A stretch of 60,993 nucleotides of DNA, taken from positions 1 through 60,993 of the forward strand of contig NIVC01004088.1 of the NCBI GenBank assembly GCA_002269645.1. Direction: 5' to 3'. The position numbers were made by a program, and so were the translations under genes. The first letter of the stretch is position 1; the number at the start of each line of letters is the position of its first letter. This DNA comes from Macrostomum lignano. Taxonomy: Eukaryota. A model generated the notes under the pieces. That model was not told the origin of the DNA. It saw only the letters and a program-made list of their open reading frames with translations, and searched no databases. Positions 12,217 to 25,850 of this stretch are shown here, piece by piece.

Positions 12217-15200
12217 ATGTCGGACAAATCTGTGGATATCGAGAAGCTGCGACTTTCAATTATTGCCAAACCGCGTTCTTGCTCTTGGTAAACTAATTAC
12301 CGTCAATTACAGTTTTCTCACTCTTTATTGCTGCAATAATATTATTAATACCTTTCGTTTTCATTGCAACCTTTCCGAAATTCTATATAAATCCCATCCC
12401 GATCCCATCCCGATCCCATCCCGATCCCATCCCAATCCCATCCCGATCCCATCCCGATCCCATCCCGATCCCATCCCGATCCCATCCCGATCCCATCCCG
12501 ATCCCATCCCGATCCCATCCCGATCCCATCCCGATCCCATCCCGATCCCATCCCGATCCCATCCCGATCCCATCCCGATCCCATCCCGATCCCATCCCGA
12601 TCCCATCCCGATCCCATCCCGATCCCATCCCGATCCCATCCCGATCCCATCCCGATCCCATCCCGATCCCATCCCGATCCCATCCCGATCCCATCCCGAT
12701 CCCATCCCAATCCCATCCCGATCCCATCCCGATCCCATCCCGATCCCATCCCGATCCCATCCCGATCCCATCCCGATCCCATTGCGATCCCATCCCGATT
12801 CCATCCCGATCCCATCCCGATCCCATCCCGATCCCATCCCGATCCCATCCCGATCCCATCCCGATTCCATCCCGATCCCATCCCGATCCCATCCCAATCC
12901 CATCCCGATCCCAAACCGATCCCAACCCGATCCCATCCGGATCCCATCTCAATCCCACCTCAATTCCACCTAATCCGATCTGGATCCCATTCCAATCCAA
13001 CTACTCGTAATCCCGTCTCAATTCTATCATTTATTCTATTCCAAATCCCATCTTAATCCCATATTAAACCCCAACCCAATCTAATACCAGTCCCATATTG
13101 ATCACAACTCCGATCCTGCCTAATCCCATCGCAGTCACATTCCAATCCCATACCAATCCGCCTTCTGCCACCTCCACCCGCAGCCAGTTCCACGCCAGCT
13201 TACAAAATCCCGAGCAGATATTTCTAAGAAAGTCGGGCAACTTCGCAATTTTGCCCAGCTGCCCGAAGGAATCTGACGCTGATGCTGAGCAGATCTTGGC
13301 GGTGTTGTGGCACAGCCACACTTATTACATCCAGGTGAAGTACAGCGACTGCTGTGAGCTGTACATTGATGGAAATACCAGGTAAGTAGCTGTATGGCAT
13401 GCTAATGAGAGTCGATCATACTCATGACTGTCTATGAGCAATCAGTAAGAGTCCATCATACTCATGACTGTTTTTCTAGCGCTCCCTAGAATTTATTATT
13501 CAACGTGGAAAGCTGGTTTTTTCGCCATCCTGTACAGAATTTATCCCTCTACAAGATGCACCCCCTTTTTCTAGGGAATTTAACATAATGCCTTATTGAA
13601 ATGTCTAGGGTTTCTGCACAAGCATAATCACTATTCAGTTAAGCTTGTAGCCGCTTCTGCTGCGTCGTCTAAAAACTAGCCTTGAATAACTGAATAAAAA
13701 ATGAAATTTTCCTTGTCATTACTCTGAAAGTTGCACTGCAATTACTCTGAAACCGAGCCACGCGAATTCGGGGGGGGGGGGCAATGGAAATAGAGCAAAG
13801 GGAAAGCAGCAGACGATTTTTTTCACGGAGTCGCAGTCGGTGACTGTACGTACGTATGACCAGGAAAGAAGTTCGGCAGCATTCGGCAATGGTCAGAAAA
13901 AAAGTTATGCACACGGGGAGGCACAGCTTGGAGACTGCAGTGTAAAGCTGGCGGACCATAGGCGAGAGAATTGAAGCAGCCACTCAGGCCTGTATGCCAG
14001 CTTTCCCCTGGAAACCATCTCCAGGAAATCGGAGGAATCAGAACTCCCCGCGCCTGCTTCTTGTGGTCAATTTTCCTTTACTGTGAGCTTGCTCGTAGTC
14101 GTCGGTTCATGCGAAGTCTCTCGATTTCACGCATCGTGCAGGACTCTCGCCGTCTGGCTGAACCCTTTGATGAATCGGCGGTAGCAGCATGCCGAGGAAT
14201 CGCTTCACCTCTTCGACCGACTTTGGACTAGGGATGCTGCGAATGACCTCAAACTTGCTGCGGTCCGGTGCAATACCCTCCTGCTCGCTGATCAGGTGTC
14301 CCAGGTACAGCACCCGGCGATGGCCGAACACGCTCTTCGCATTGTGCAGTTTGAGACCCGCATCTCGCAGCCGTTAATAAAACGCGTTTAAGTCTCACTA
14401 GATGCTTGTCAAAGGTTATGCTGAAGACGATGATGTCGTTGATGTAAGTCAGCACGGAGTCCCAGGACAGACCGGACATCACCAGCTCCATCAGCCGCTG
14501 GAACGTCGCTGGGGCATTGCAAATTCCAAAGCCCGTCCTGCGGAACTGCGTCAGGCCGCGGATCGAATAGAAGGCAGTTTTAAACCGATCCTCTTCCGTC
14601 ACCTCCACCTGGTAGTAGCCCTGCCGACAGTCGATGGTGGAGAACCAGGAGCACCCGACCAGAGCATTCATGCTTCCTGCATGTGCGGCAGTGGGTACGC
14701 GTCCTTGACCGTGCAGGCATTCAGCTGCCGCCAGTCCGTACATTTTGCCGTTCTTCTTGCAGACCACCAGCAGGTTGCTCGACCATGACGACGACAACGG
14801 CTCGATGATGCCGCTGTCCAGCATCTGTACGATATTTTTATTCACCTGGTCTCGCACAGAGGCAGACGACGCTGCTTGGATTTGCCGGTGCGCCCGCGTT
14901 CCCGTTTCCAGTTCGACCTGGTGCTGCAGCAGCTCCATCGTGCCCAGGTCGAACTCGTGCTTGGCAAACAAGTTCTCGTTGCGCTCTAGCAACTGCCACA
15001 GCCTCGCTACATCCGGTCCGGGTAGCTCTACGTTGATGTTCCATCCGATGGGGGTCTCGTGAGCTTTTTGGCCCGAAAAAAGTTGGCTTGCTAGAGTTTC
15101 TTTGGCCTTTAGCTAAGCTCTTCATTCATTTATACAAATGAGGCTCTATTAGTTATCAGACAGACTAAAGCCAAGCCTTCGTTGCATGCTCAATTGATAA

Positions 15201-18200
15201 ACAAGTGTTATAGTGATGCATTTTATACCATAGACAACAAGCCGTGCGACTGCAGATTTTTAAAAGGCATTCTCTATATCTGTGAAAAAACAGGTACTGT
15301 ACAAAAAAGCTCACTGCTACTTTCATAATGAAGATTGAAAAAATTTAAGTTGTGCATCTTGTAGAGGGATAAATTCTCTACATTGCTGGCGAAAAAATCT
15401 GCCTTCTACGTTCAATAATAAAATTTTAGGGAGCACTAAAAAAACCAGCCTTCAACTATTTTCTGCATGATTTGGCCGGTTTCCCGTCCCTAATTTAAGT
15501 AGTCCCTGTCTATGACCAACCAGTGAGAGTCGGTCATACTCATGACTGTCTATGACCAACCAGTGAGAGTCGGTCATACTCATGACTGTCTATGACCAAC
15601 CAGTGAGAGTCGGTCATACTCATGACTGTCTATGACCAACCAGTGAGTGTCGGTCATACTCATGACTTTCTATGACCAACCAGTGAGAGTCGGTCATACT
15701 CATGACTGTCTATGACCAACCAGTGAGAGTCGGTCATACTCATGACTTTCTATGACCAACCAGTGAGAGTCGGTCATACTCATGACTGTCTATGACCAAC
15801 CAGTGAGAGTTGGTCATACTCATGACTTTCTATGACCAACCAGTGAGAGTCGGTCATTCTCATGACTGTCTATGACCAACCAGTGAGAGTCGGTCATACT
15901 CATGACTGTCTATGACCAACCAGTGAGAGTCGGCCATACTCATGACTGTCTATGACCAACCAGTGAGAGTCGTTCATACTCATGACTGTCTATGACTAAC
16001 CAGTGAGAGTCGGTCATACTCATGACTTTCTATGACCAACCAGTGAGAGTTGGTCATACTCATGACTTTCTATGACCAACCAGTGAGAGTCGGTCATTCT
16101 CATGACTGTCTATGACCAACCAGTGAGAGTCGGTCATTCTCATGACTGTCTATGACTAACCATGCAGTGAGAGTCGGTCATACTCATGACTTTCTATGAC
16201 CAACCAGTGAGAGTCGGTCATACTCATGACTGTCTATGACCAACCAGTGAGAGTCGGTCATACTCATGACTGTCTATGACCAACCAGTGAGAGTCGGTCA
16301 TACTCATGACTGTCCATGACCAACCAGTGAGAGTCGGTCATACTCATGACTGTCTATGACCAACCAGTGAGAGTCGGTCATACTCATGACTGTCTATGAC
16401 CAACCAGTGAGAGTCGGTCATACTCATGACTGTCTATGACCAACCAGTGACAGTCGGTCATACTCATGACTGTCTATGACCAACCAGTGAGAGTCGGTCA
16501 TACTCATGACTGTCTATGACCAATTAGTGAGTGTCGGTCATACTCATGACTGTCTATGACCAACCAGTGAGAGTCGGTCATACTCATGACTGTCCATGAC
16601 CAACCAGTGAGAGTCGGTCATACTCATGACTTTCTATGACCAACCAGTGAGAGTCGGTCATACTCATGACTGTCCATGAGCAACCAGTAAGAGTCGGTAA
16701 AACGATCGTACTCAGTCTATGGTCGGTGGGTACCAATGTCACTTAGTCATATTTATGACCCCAAATGACCTTTTGTCTTCCTAAACTCGCCCCAACCAGC
16801 CGCAAATTTGCCTCGATTCGCGATCTCATCAACTTCCTGGAATCTGGTCGACGAGTTTTGCGCCTCTCAAACGGCGTGTCCGTGCAGCCAAGGTGGCACT
16901 GCGCCAGCGGCCAGGATGACCTTCCACCACACCAGGCGTGGTTCCATCCGGGCCTGAGCCCTAGCAAAGCTCGGGCGCTGGTTGGCAACCACCCTATCGG
17001 CTCCTATCTGGTGTACAGGGGCAGGAAGTTTGACGCGCCTCTGGTGCTGTGCGTTTTGGGTGAAGACAATCAGGTGAGGACTAATTGCAGAGGATTGGAA
17101 TGGGACGGGCTCCAACTTGAGGAGTTGAGGAGACAGAGGAGCTGATGAAGAGTTGAGGAGACAGTAGAGCTGATGAGAAGCTGAGGAGACAGTGGAGCTG
17201 ATGAAGAGTTGAGGAGACAGTGGAGCTGATGAAGAGTTGAGGAGACAGAGGAGCTGATGAAGAGTTGAGGAGACAGTAGAGCTGATGAAGAGTTGAGGAG
17301 ACAGTGGAGCTGATGAAGAGTTGAGGAGACAGTGGAGCTGATGAAGAGTTGAGGAGACAGTGGAGCTGATGAAGAGTTGAGGAGACAGATGAGCTGATGA
17401 AGAGTTGAGGAGACAGTGGAGCTGATGAAGAGTTGAGGAGACAGAGGAGCTGATGAAGAGTTGAGGAGACAGTGGAGCTGATGAAGAGTTGAGGAGACAG
17501 ATGAGCTGATGAAGAGTTGAGGAGACAGATGAGCTGATGAAGAGTTGAGGAGACAGTGGAGCTGATGAAGAGTTGAGGAGACAGTGGAGCTGATGAAGAG
17601 TTGAGGAGATAGAGGAAGTTCGGAGATTCCGTATACATGTACAAGCTAGTTTGAAGACATCACACCCGTCAAGTTGTCGCCTCTCGCAGGTCGGTATTTT
17701 CAGAATTTCTATGCGCCGCTACTTCAACAGCAAGCAGTACTTCATCTCCGAGCAGTTTTCCTACCCCAGCATCGGCGAGCTGATCAAATTCTACACCAAC
17801 CGCAGCCTGGCGGACCCGGTGCAGCGCAGGTACAAACTGGACACCCCGCTGAGCTGCACGGCCTTCTTGGCTGTGGTGGCCAGACTCAGGGTCGAAGAGC
17901 TGCTCGCTTGCAAAGGATTCGTTGAGGAGTTCGAGATGATTCGGCAAGTGAGTTAAGGTTCACACAGGAAAGTGAATTTGGGGCGTTTTAATTTTAATGC
18001 TGGCTTCTGGGGGAGAAAAAACAGCCTATGTAAATGAGCCGAATCTAAACATCCCGATTCCTAAACCCTTGTCCCATCGTTCTCATTCCACTATCCTTAT
18101 ACTAACGTCCTGATCCCAGCATCCTAATCCCAGAATCCTAATCTAAGAACCATAAAGTTATCCACTACACTCAACTCCCCAGACCACGAAATCTCCGGGC

Positions 18201-20295
18201 GATGAGTACAAAAGCGAAGCCAAGAAGCCGGAGAACGCGCCCAAGAATCGCTACAGAAATGTGCTGCCCTTCGACAGCACGCGGGTGACCCTGGGCGAGT
18301 GCGGCGGCTACATCAACGCCAGCTGGGTGCGGCTGGAGTCTGGCAGGAGTCGTAAGAAAGTGTCTGCGCGATACATCGCAGCCCAGGGACCGCTAAACTC
18401 AACTAGTGGCGACTTCTGGCAGATGGTCTGGCAAGAGAGCTGCCGGCTCATTGTCATGGTTACGAAGGAAGTTGAAGACCGAGTCAAGAAGTGCCATCAG
18501 TACTGGCCAACGAAATCAAAGGGCAGCCTGGAGTTTAAGTCTTCAGTGACTGAAGAGCCACTGCTTGTGCGGTTTGTCGACGAAATAGAATATCGGCACT
18601 TCGCTCACACGCTGGTGGAAGTGCAGGGTCGCCCGCGGAGCGGCGGCGAAGCCATCCGAGTGAACCTGCTGCGATTCCACGACTGGCCAGATCACGGCGC
18701 GCCTCGAGAGGCTGGTAGCGTGCTGGAGCTGCTGAAAAAGGCTAACAACATCAATTTAACGAGTGGCATGGTCGGCGACGCAGAGCCTCCGATGGTGTTC
18801 CACTGCAGCGCCGGCCTAGGACGGACCGGTTGTCTCATCGCCATCGACTTCCTCGCGCACTGCGTCGATCGCTACGGCGTGGACGAGGTAAGAGTCTTTT
18901 TGTAAATATGTGTCGTAACCCGGGTTGGTTTGGGTGCCACGTCCCGAGTACAATATGTTATACGTAATGTAACAGGCGTAGTGACGCTCTGTCTGTACTT
19001 TTATGGATCCGAGCAGGCGTGACTGCGCTCTGCGATAATGGGTCGATCCCTCTGGTGTCGTGACACTTAGAGTTCACGCTGCGGCTCGAGGTGTGGTGAC
19101 ACTCTCGGGTGCTTCTATAGTTTCGATACTGTAGGTTGTACACACTATTTAAAGTAACCGGTACAGTACTGCAATAATACTCAATATACAACACTGCTGT
19201 GCTGCAGTGGTCACAGTCGCAGGCGTGATGACGCTCTAGCTATGGAACCACTGCTACGGCAAGGCCTGGGAAAAGCTAAAGAAGCGAATGAACTCGGGGT
19301 CTTACCGGTGCCAGAAGCTGTGGAGCTCGTTCGAATATCGCTACCACCTGACCGCTTTATTTGCTCGCAATCTATTGAGTCCTCGCAGTAAGAGACCGTC
19401 TTTACGGCTCGCTTGAATATCGCTAGTTTAGTTTGAAGAGCTAGGCGCGGGGCGCGGAGTGGGGGAAGGTGCTGGGCCAGGCTTGAGCACTATATACCAC
19501 TTAACAGGGTACAGGGGCAGACAGCGCGAGAGAGAGAGAGAGACGCCAAACAAAAGAGATGACCCCTCAGCCAATCAGCGTGCCCGCCGAGCAGATCTGA
19601 TTGACTGGGAGCCAGAAAAGAAAAACACAAAAACACAAGCCGAGCCTATCAGTGGCCGCCGCGGGGAAAGACTCAAGCTGGGCCGAGCCTCCCCAACCAG
19701 CCAGAACTGGTCTGGGGATGGCCGCCTAGGGCGCACGCAAAAACAATTCAAAAAGTGCAAGAGCACTCAACAGGCCAGAAACCACATATGGTTGGGGATA
19801 AAGTTTACGTTGCCTGGACAACTTTTCTTTGAAGAAGTATTGTGTAACTTGGAAGGTACTCTAGAATTTCTGCCTAAGACTTATTTGGATTTCAACCGCA
19901 GTGAGTTTCAAGATTTTCAAGAGTCATGCTAAATGTACGCTACACGTACGAGGGCAGTGATTTATGAGCGCGTATTCACGTCTTACTGTTTTAGAATGGG
20001 GTTTAAAAACATTCAGTAAACTGCACTCGTACCTGGACTTCGGACCTTCACAATTTTTTTTATTTAAATTTTTTTATTTAACTCATAACAGGCCATACTA
20101 GACGTGAGTCAGACAGTGAAACAGATGCGCTACCAGCGGGAGGGCATGGTGCAGAACGTTGGCCAGTACCGGTTCATCTACTCGGCTCTGCTGGTCCACA
20201 TCGACTCGAAGCTGCGCCCTCCGCTGCCCCAGGAGCAGCATGAAATGTCCAGACGTCAATCAGCTGTGTCGCAGTTCTGCCGCCGACTGTTGTAG
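12217..20295 (+). CDS. SH2-SH2-PTP non-receptor tyrosine phosphatase (SHP2/corkscrew/PTPN6-PTPN11 family-like), about 569 aa, 6 exons
   Basis: Exons 12217-12287, 13184-13381, 16800-17073, 17690-17947, 18183-18887 and 20092-20295 have GT-AG boundaries and compatible phases (1710 nt total). PTP motifs KNRYRNV, YINAS, DFWQMVWQE, KCHQYWP, DWPDHG, VFHCSAGLGRTG and GMVQNVGQY are all present. The SH2-like segments start QFHASL and WFHPGLS. Exon 1 is the least certain. Confidence 0.85.
12392..12960. repeat. 11-bp tandem repeat (ATCCCGATCCC)n in PTP intron 1
   Basis: Near-perfect tandem array is directly visible. Confidence 0.95.
13467..15508. mobile_element. Non-autonomous TIR DNA element carrying an internal Gypsy fragment; left end apparently truncated
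   Basis: Imperfect inverted repeats of about 95 bp at 13467-13563 and 15352-15449 (e.g. gaatttatccctctacaagatgcac / gtgcatcttgtagagggataaattc). The right terminus reads CAGGGACTACTTAAATTAGGGACGGGAAACC on the minus strand. Confidence 0.6.
14000..15060 (-). mobile_element. Degenerate Ty3/Gypsy LTR retrotransposon RT fragment
   Basis: WSSNLLVVCKKNGK, FSTIDCRQGYYQV, KTAF...FGICNAPATFQRLM, YINDIIVFS (YxDD mutated), VLYLGHLIS and PKSVEEVKRFLG. Frameshifted, no LTRs. Confidence 0.9.
15507..16695. repeat. 40-bp minisatellite (tgtctatgaccaaccagtgagagtcggtcatactcatgac)n, roughly 29 copies; diverged copies also at about 13395-13470
   Basis: Directly visible. Each unit contains the inverted pair TATGACC/GGTCATA. 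Confidence 0.95.
17118..17612. repeat. 28-bp minisatellite (gaagagttgaggagacagtggagctgat)n in PTP intron 3
   Basis: Directly visible. Confidence 0.95.
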
Positions 20296-22234
20296 ATTGG
20301 GAACTCGGCGATCGAATCTTAATTGCAATACGAGTGTCGTATGAAACAGATTTCGTTATTCTAGAACAAAGCATCGAAACAATATTTTTATTTTTCTAAC
20401 CACTATAAACTTTTTTGTGGCAACTAAGACCGCGCACGGTACATTTTTCACATCATTTAAAAAATAATGGGTTCCTTAAATTGCAAAGCTTAGTAAACAA
20501 AAATGACACTATCTTTTGTATTGAGGCATACCGCAGACCATTGGATCCGTGCATTTGCCGCAAGCATCCACAGGTTAAGCAATGTTGGCTGCGGTTAGTG
20601 CACAGTTGAGTAGGCTGGTTACCTCGATCCTGCAGCTCTGAGTTGCGGTAGAAATACAAGATGGTCATGCAGTTTCAACGCTTCACAGGCCTTAAACAGA
20701 TCTCAGATGTCACGAGTCAGGTTTATGAATCCTAAGTGACAAGTCAGAGTCCCGTCAGTTTTTATAACGACTCCTAGATAAGACAAGAAAATCAGTGTAA
20801 CTATTCCCAAATTCGCCAAAAGAAAAAATCACTCTTTAAGCGTATATGCGTCAAACGCATTGAATATTTAATCCTGGTATGCTAATACAAGTAAATTTAC
20901 AGTAATAAATATTGGTTCGCTTGTCATTCTGCATTCCGAATTGCCATTTTGTTTAAATTTATGCAAATTGTTCATTATACTTTAGGCATTATTTTGAGAA
21001 TGATTATTTAATCAGGAGAAAAAATATGCTATTGCTTAAAGTTTAACAATATCGTGAAAGCTTATTCCAATAAATTGATAACATTAATCCATAGAGAAGG
21101 CCACGTCTCATTGGAGAAAGATTCGCAATTGCAGCGCGTTATTAATAATTATACAGATATTTATGGGCTGTTTGCTACATGTCTGTCTACTTTGAGCATA
21201 TAGTAGGTGCACTGTGCTCCATTCAGATTGTGTAAATGAGGAGACTGCTTAAACTTAGTAATGCTGCACCTCTACCGGCCGACAATAGTACACTCGATGA
21301 CGAAGTTAGTTTCCTGTTATGCCGTCGTTTGTACTTTTCTGCTTGACACCTTGGCATCAGCCGGGCCTCAACGGTCGACCTGACGTGGTAGAAGTTGTAC
21401 TGCAGGTAGTAGCACTGCGACTGCATCTGGCCAAGGATGTAGGAGACGCAGATCTGCGATTTGTAAACTGCCAGCTTTGCACGTCTGCAATTTTGGTAAC
21501 GGATTCAAAGTGTTTCAGCGTGCAAAGCTGCCCAAGAAACGCTAAAAAATTCACCAGTCGAATACCTGCCGTGTCTGACAAGTCAACGATTGCAATAATC
21601 AAAGAATCTTACACAGTACAAAGTGTAGCTTTCTTATTAGACAAAAATTGTGTTCGGATTAACTCGTCAAATTTAATTATCAACCTGCTTTGGGAGAGAG
21701 AATTTTCTTCGCTCTCAGAGATGAAATAACAACAGCAGGTGGTACAAACTCGATTAATATCGTCTTGCAAACTATTAAACACTCACGTGCAGACGACGCT
21801 CTCTTTGAGGGCATCGAAGATTGACTGTACGCACAGGTCTAGATACGGCCCGAGCTTGTCCCCTAGCTGGCGGCAGTGCGGACCTGGAAAGATGGGGCAG
21901 TATAAAACCGGCTGCGTGCCTGTCGGTTATCTGTGCACTCCCTGGTGCTTCAGAGTTCTGGGTGTCTTCTATAATATATATGTAGATATATATATGTAGA
22001 TATATATGTATATATATCTTTGCAGCCTGCAAATAAGCACTGTCTCCCTTGGCTTGTTTGAACTGCGCCTCTCAAAGTGCTCAGCTACTCGAGACAGAGG
22101 ACTCAGCTCTATCAGCTTTCTCTCTATAGCCCAATTACTGGCTCAATTTTCGCACTTGTGGGACGGCTCCTAAGTTAGCAAAAAACTTGCAAGCTAAGTG
22201 CCTGCAAACCTGCACTCCATGAGAAGATATAAAT

Positions 22235-23045
<811 letters not shown>

Positions 23046-25221
23046 CAGATTAAACCTGACAAGCGAAAAAGCGCACCTCCATTGGCCAGTGAGCACAGGT
23101 GAGACTGGGCCAGCCGCGCCAGCCCCAGACGCTTGAGCAGGCCCTGAGTCTGGCCCCGAGAGCAGTGCATCGCCCTCGTGCCGGCCAGGACGCAGGCGGA
23201 TGCGGAGGACGTGAAGTACCCATCTCCAGCGTTCAGCCGATCCCTGCTCAATGACCAAAAGGAGTTTAAAGTTTGTTTTCAAGTAAATTCTCCCTATTTT
23301 CTCGGCGAAGTCCGCCTTTATCCATGCTTAAATCGCTATAAGTTTCAAAAAAGCCAATTAATATGCTACAATATCCCGGTAGACATTCTTTCTCAGCGAA
23401 GCGTATTGCAAACTGACAAGTGCATAGGGAAAAGGCTATAAGGAATTGATGTGGGATGCGGGTAGGATGGGAGAGGCCACGCGGAGAGAAGAAGTTCTCT
23501 TGAGAGGAGCGGCTCTCGACTTGCGTTACCAGCTGCAGCCCGAAACGGGAGGACAGTGAGGCTGCAGCACTCATGCATTAAATATGGTGGCTTTGGCTTG
23601 TTTTGGATGAGCATGCCGTGCTTGGCCTAGCCGCTGCCTGCATCTCATCATCGTCTTGGTGAGCGCGGCAATAACGTGCCGTGCGCTGGAATTCCCGGAG
23701 GCGGAGGCGGTGAAGAGCGTTGGAGCACCTGCTGGTACAGACGCCAGACGCGCTCGCAATTGTTGCACTTTTAGGTCAGTTTACACTCAGCTTTTTTCAC
23801 TTTGCTGCTGGGTCCCCGACACCAGCAGTTTTTTTTTCTGTGTATTTTTTTTAAATGTTTTGTTTTTAATTGTACATTATCAAGTAATTTCTTTAAACCA
23901 TAAATTCCTTTGTTTCTAATATGTTTCTCACTGAGCCTGAAAAATTCTCACTTTGGTTGCTAGGCGTGCATAAAATACTGGGCTGAAGCGAGGGTCGGCC
24001 ATAGACTATACCGCATTTTTGCTATTCAGTCTCAGATTGCTAGAAAAAAAGTCTCACTTAGCTCGTAACATGCAATAACCAAAATTCATGAGACAATGTG
24101 TTTGTGCATATGGTTTTGTCATAGACAATGGTTAATTTTAGTCACTCGTGGCTTCGCCACCTTGCTTGCACCTTGGGCTTGAGTATACCTGAACTCATTG
24201 ATAAAGTGCACTTCTTTTTAATTGCCATGCAAGCTAAGGTCTCAGAACTTTTCATGTCGAAATATCAAAAAATCAATTAGCTAGGCGTGAGGGCTGCACG
24301 CACCCTGGCGCAACAGTGCTGAGGGAATTCTGTCCATTTCGCCCACTCCGGAGCCAATACTGTACACAAGCACGCGCATACACTCGCTCACACAGGGTGT
24401 ACAGCAGCCCTCACTTTCTAATCTTCAGGCATGTGTGCCCTATGTGTCTTGGTGGTTGGCCCTCAACGGCTGTGACACGAGAATTCGCACGGCCTCAAAA
24501 TTAATTTGGCCGGCTCACGGAATCGAAATTAGGGATCGCGGCGTTTGCCGCTGAGCTGTTCTGTCCCGTAACTAAGTTACTACGAGCTAGTTCCAGTTGC
24601 CTAGTTACGAGTTTTCTAAACCTGTGAATACCAAGCGTCGTACAGGCGCCACAAACTGTGATTAAGTTCGCAGAGCCATCGGAAGTGTGTCGGATGATAT
24701 TTGGCTCATAGCTTTGCTTCAATTGCCAATATAAGGGCTTTGATAAGCGACTCCAATTTGCATAGAGATTGCCCCGGCCCAGTCGAAGGCTATGCCCAAC
24801 CCCCAGCCGTATGCCGACTGCCCGTCTTCCTGATTGACTTCTCCCCTCAATCAGACCCCGCTCCCTCCACTGCGCCAATTAATTAACGGAGCCCTCGGGC
24901 GAGCACGAAACTGGATTAACAGAGCAGCAGCTGCAGGGCAATGCGAATAAAAAAGGAAATAAAGGAAATCGAAGTACGTGCAGCTGGCGAATTGTGCGAG
25001 ACACACGCGAGGGCTTCTGTTCTTGTTTCAGCTTTATTGGGCAGCTTAGGTAGCTTAGCCTAACAATTTAATTACAGTTAAATTGAATTACAATTTAATT
25101 GCAACTGGAATGTTCTCCTTTTCTCTGTCTCTGTCTCTGTCCTTTTCTCTGTCATATTCTGTTATCTTAGGAGTGATGATAAATTAAGAATCCCAGGTAT
25201 TCAGAATGCTAAATCACTGAT

Positions 25222-25570
25222 AGATGCTAACTCATGGATCCCGGATGCTAAATCATGGATCCCGGATGCTAAATCATGGATACCGGGTGCTAAGTCATGA
25301 ATTCCGGATGCTAAATCATGGATACCGGATGCTAAATCATGGATCCCGGATGCTAACTCATGGATCCCGGATGCTAAATCATGGATACCGGATGCTAAAT
25401 CATGGATACCGGATGCTAAATCATGGATCCCGGATGCTAACTAATGAATTCCGGATGCTAAATCATGGATCCCAGATGCTAAATCATGGATTCCAGATGC
25501 TGAATCATGGATTCCGGTTGCTAAATCGTTTCATGAATTCCGGATGCTAAATCATGGATCCCGGATGCTA
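25222..25570. repeat. 21-bp minisatellite (gatgctaaatcatggatcccg)n
   Basis: Directly visible. Confidence 0.95.
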
Positions 25571-25639
25571 AGTGTAACCTAGATTTTTACGAATTTCTGC
25601 TCATTCCTAGTCCAAAACAAAGAAGAACTGCAACTAACT

Positions 25640-25850
25640 GATGCTGACAGTTGGAATCGATCAAGTCGGCCACTCCACCAGTCGAAGTCGGCAGCGCTGC
25701 CAGTCGAGCCTCCATAGAGTAGAAGCACCTGTGATGCACCAACTCCAGCTGATCATGTGAGCAGGACTCCGCTTCATCGGTGATGCAGCTGAGCTTCCTG
25801 AATATTAACAGCAGTGCTACAGCTTGGCACAAAAATCTGACCGCCATTTT
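25640..25850 (-). CDS. Possible first exon of an unknown secreted protein
   Basis: MAVRFLCQAVALLLIFRKLSC resembles a signal peptide. It is followed by CSHDQLELVHHRCFYSM and a possible GTTAGT donor. No downstream exons could be joined reliably. Confidence 0.25.

Noticed and set aside
12263-13000. PIPSRSHPD / GSGWDRDGIGM repeat ORFs
   Set aside because: Artefacts of an 11-bp tandem repeat inside a PTP intron.
15507-16695. Regular hairpin-forming repeats resembling a CRISPR array (also 39135-40120, 42530-43440)
   Set aside because: There are no unique spacers and no cas genes, and the context is eukaryotic. These are minisatellites.
17081-17644. ORFs over minisatellites or low-complexity DNA (also 11113-11422, 25224-25550, 47001-47615, 50953-51466)
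   Set aside because: Periodic translations of tandem repeats with no independent coding evidence.
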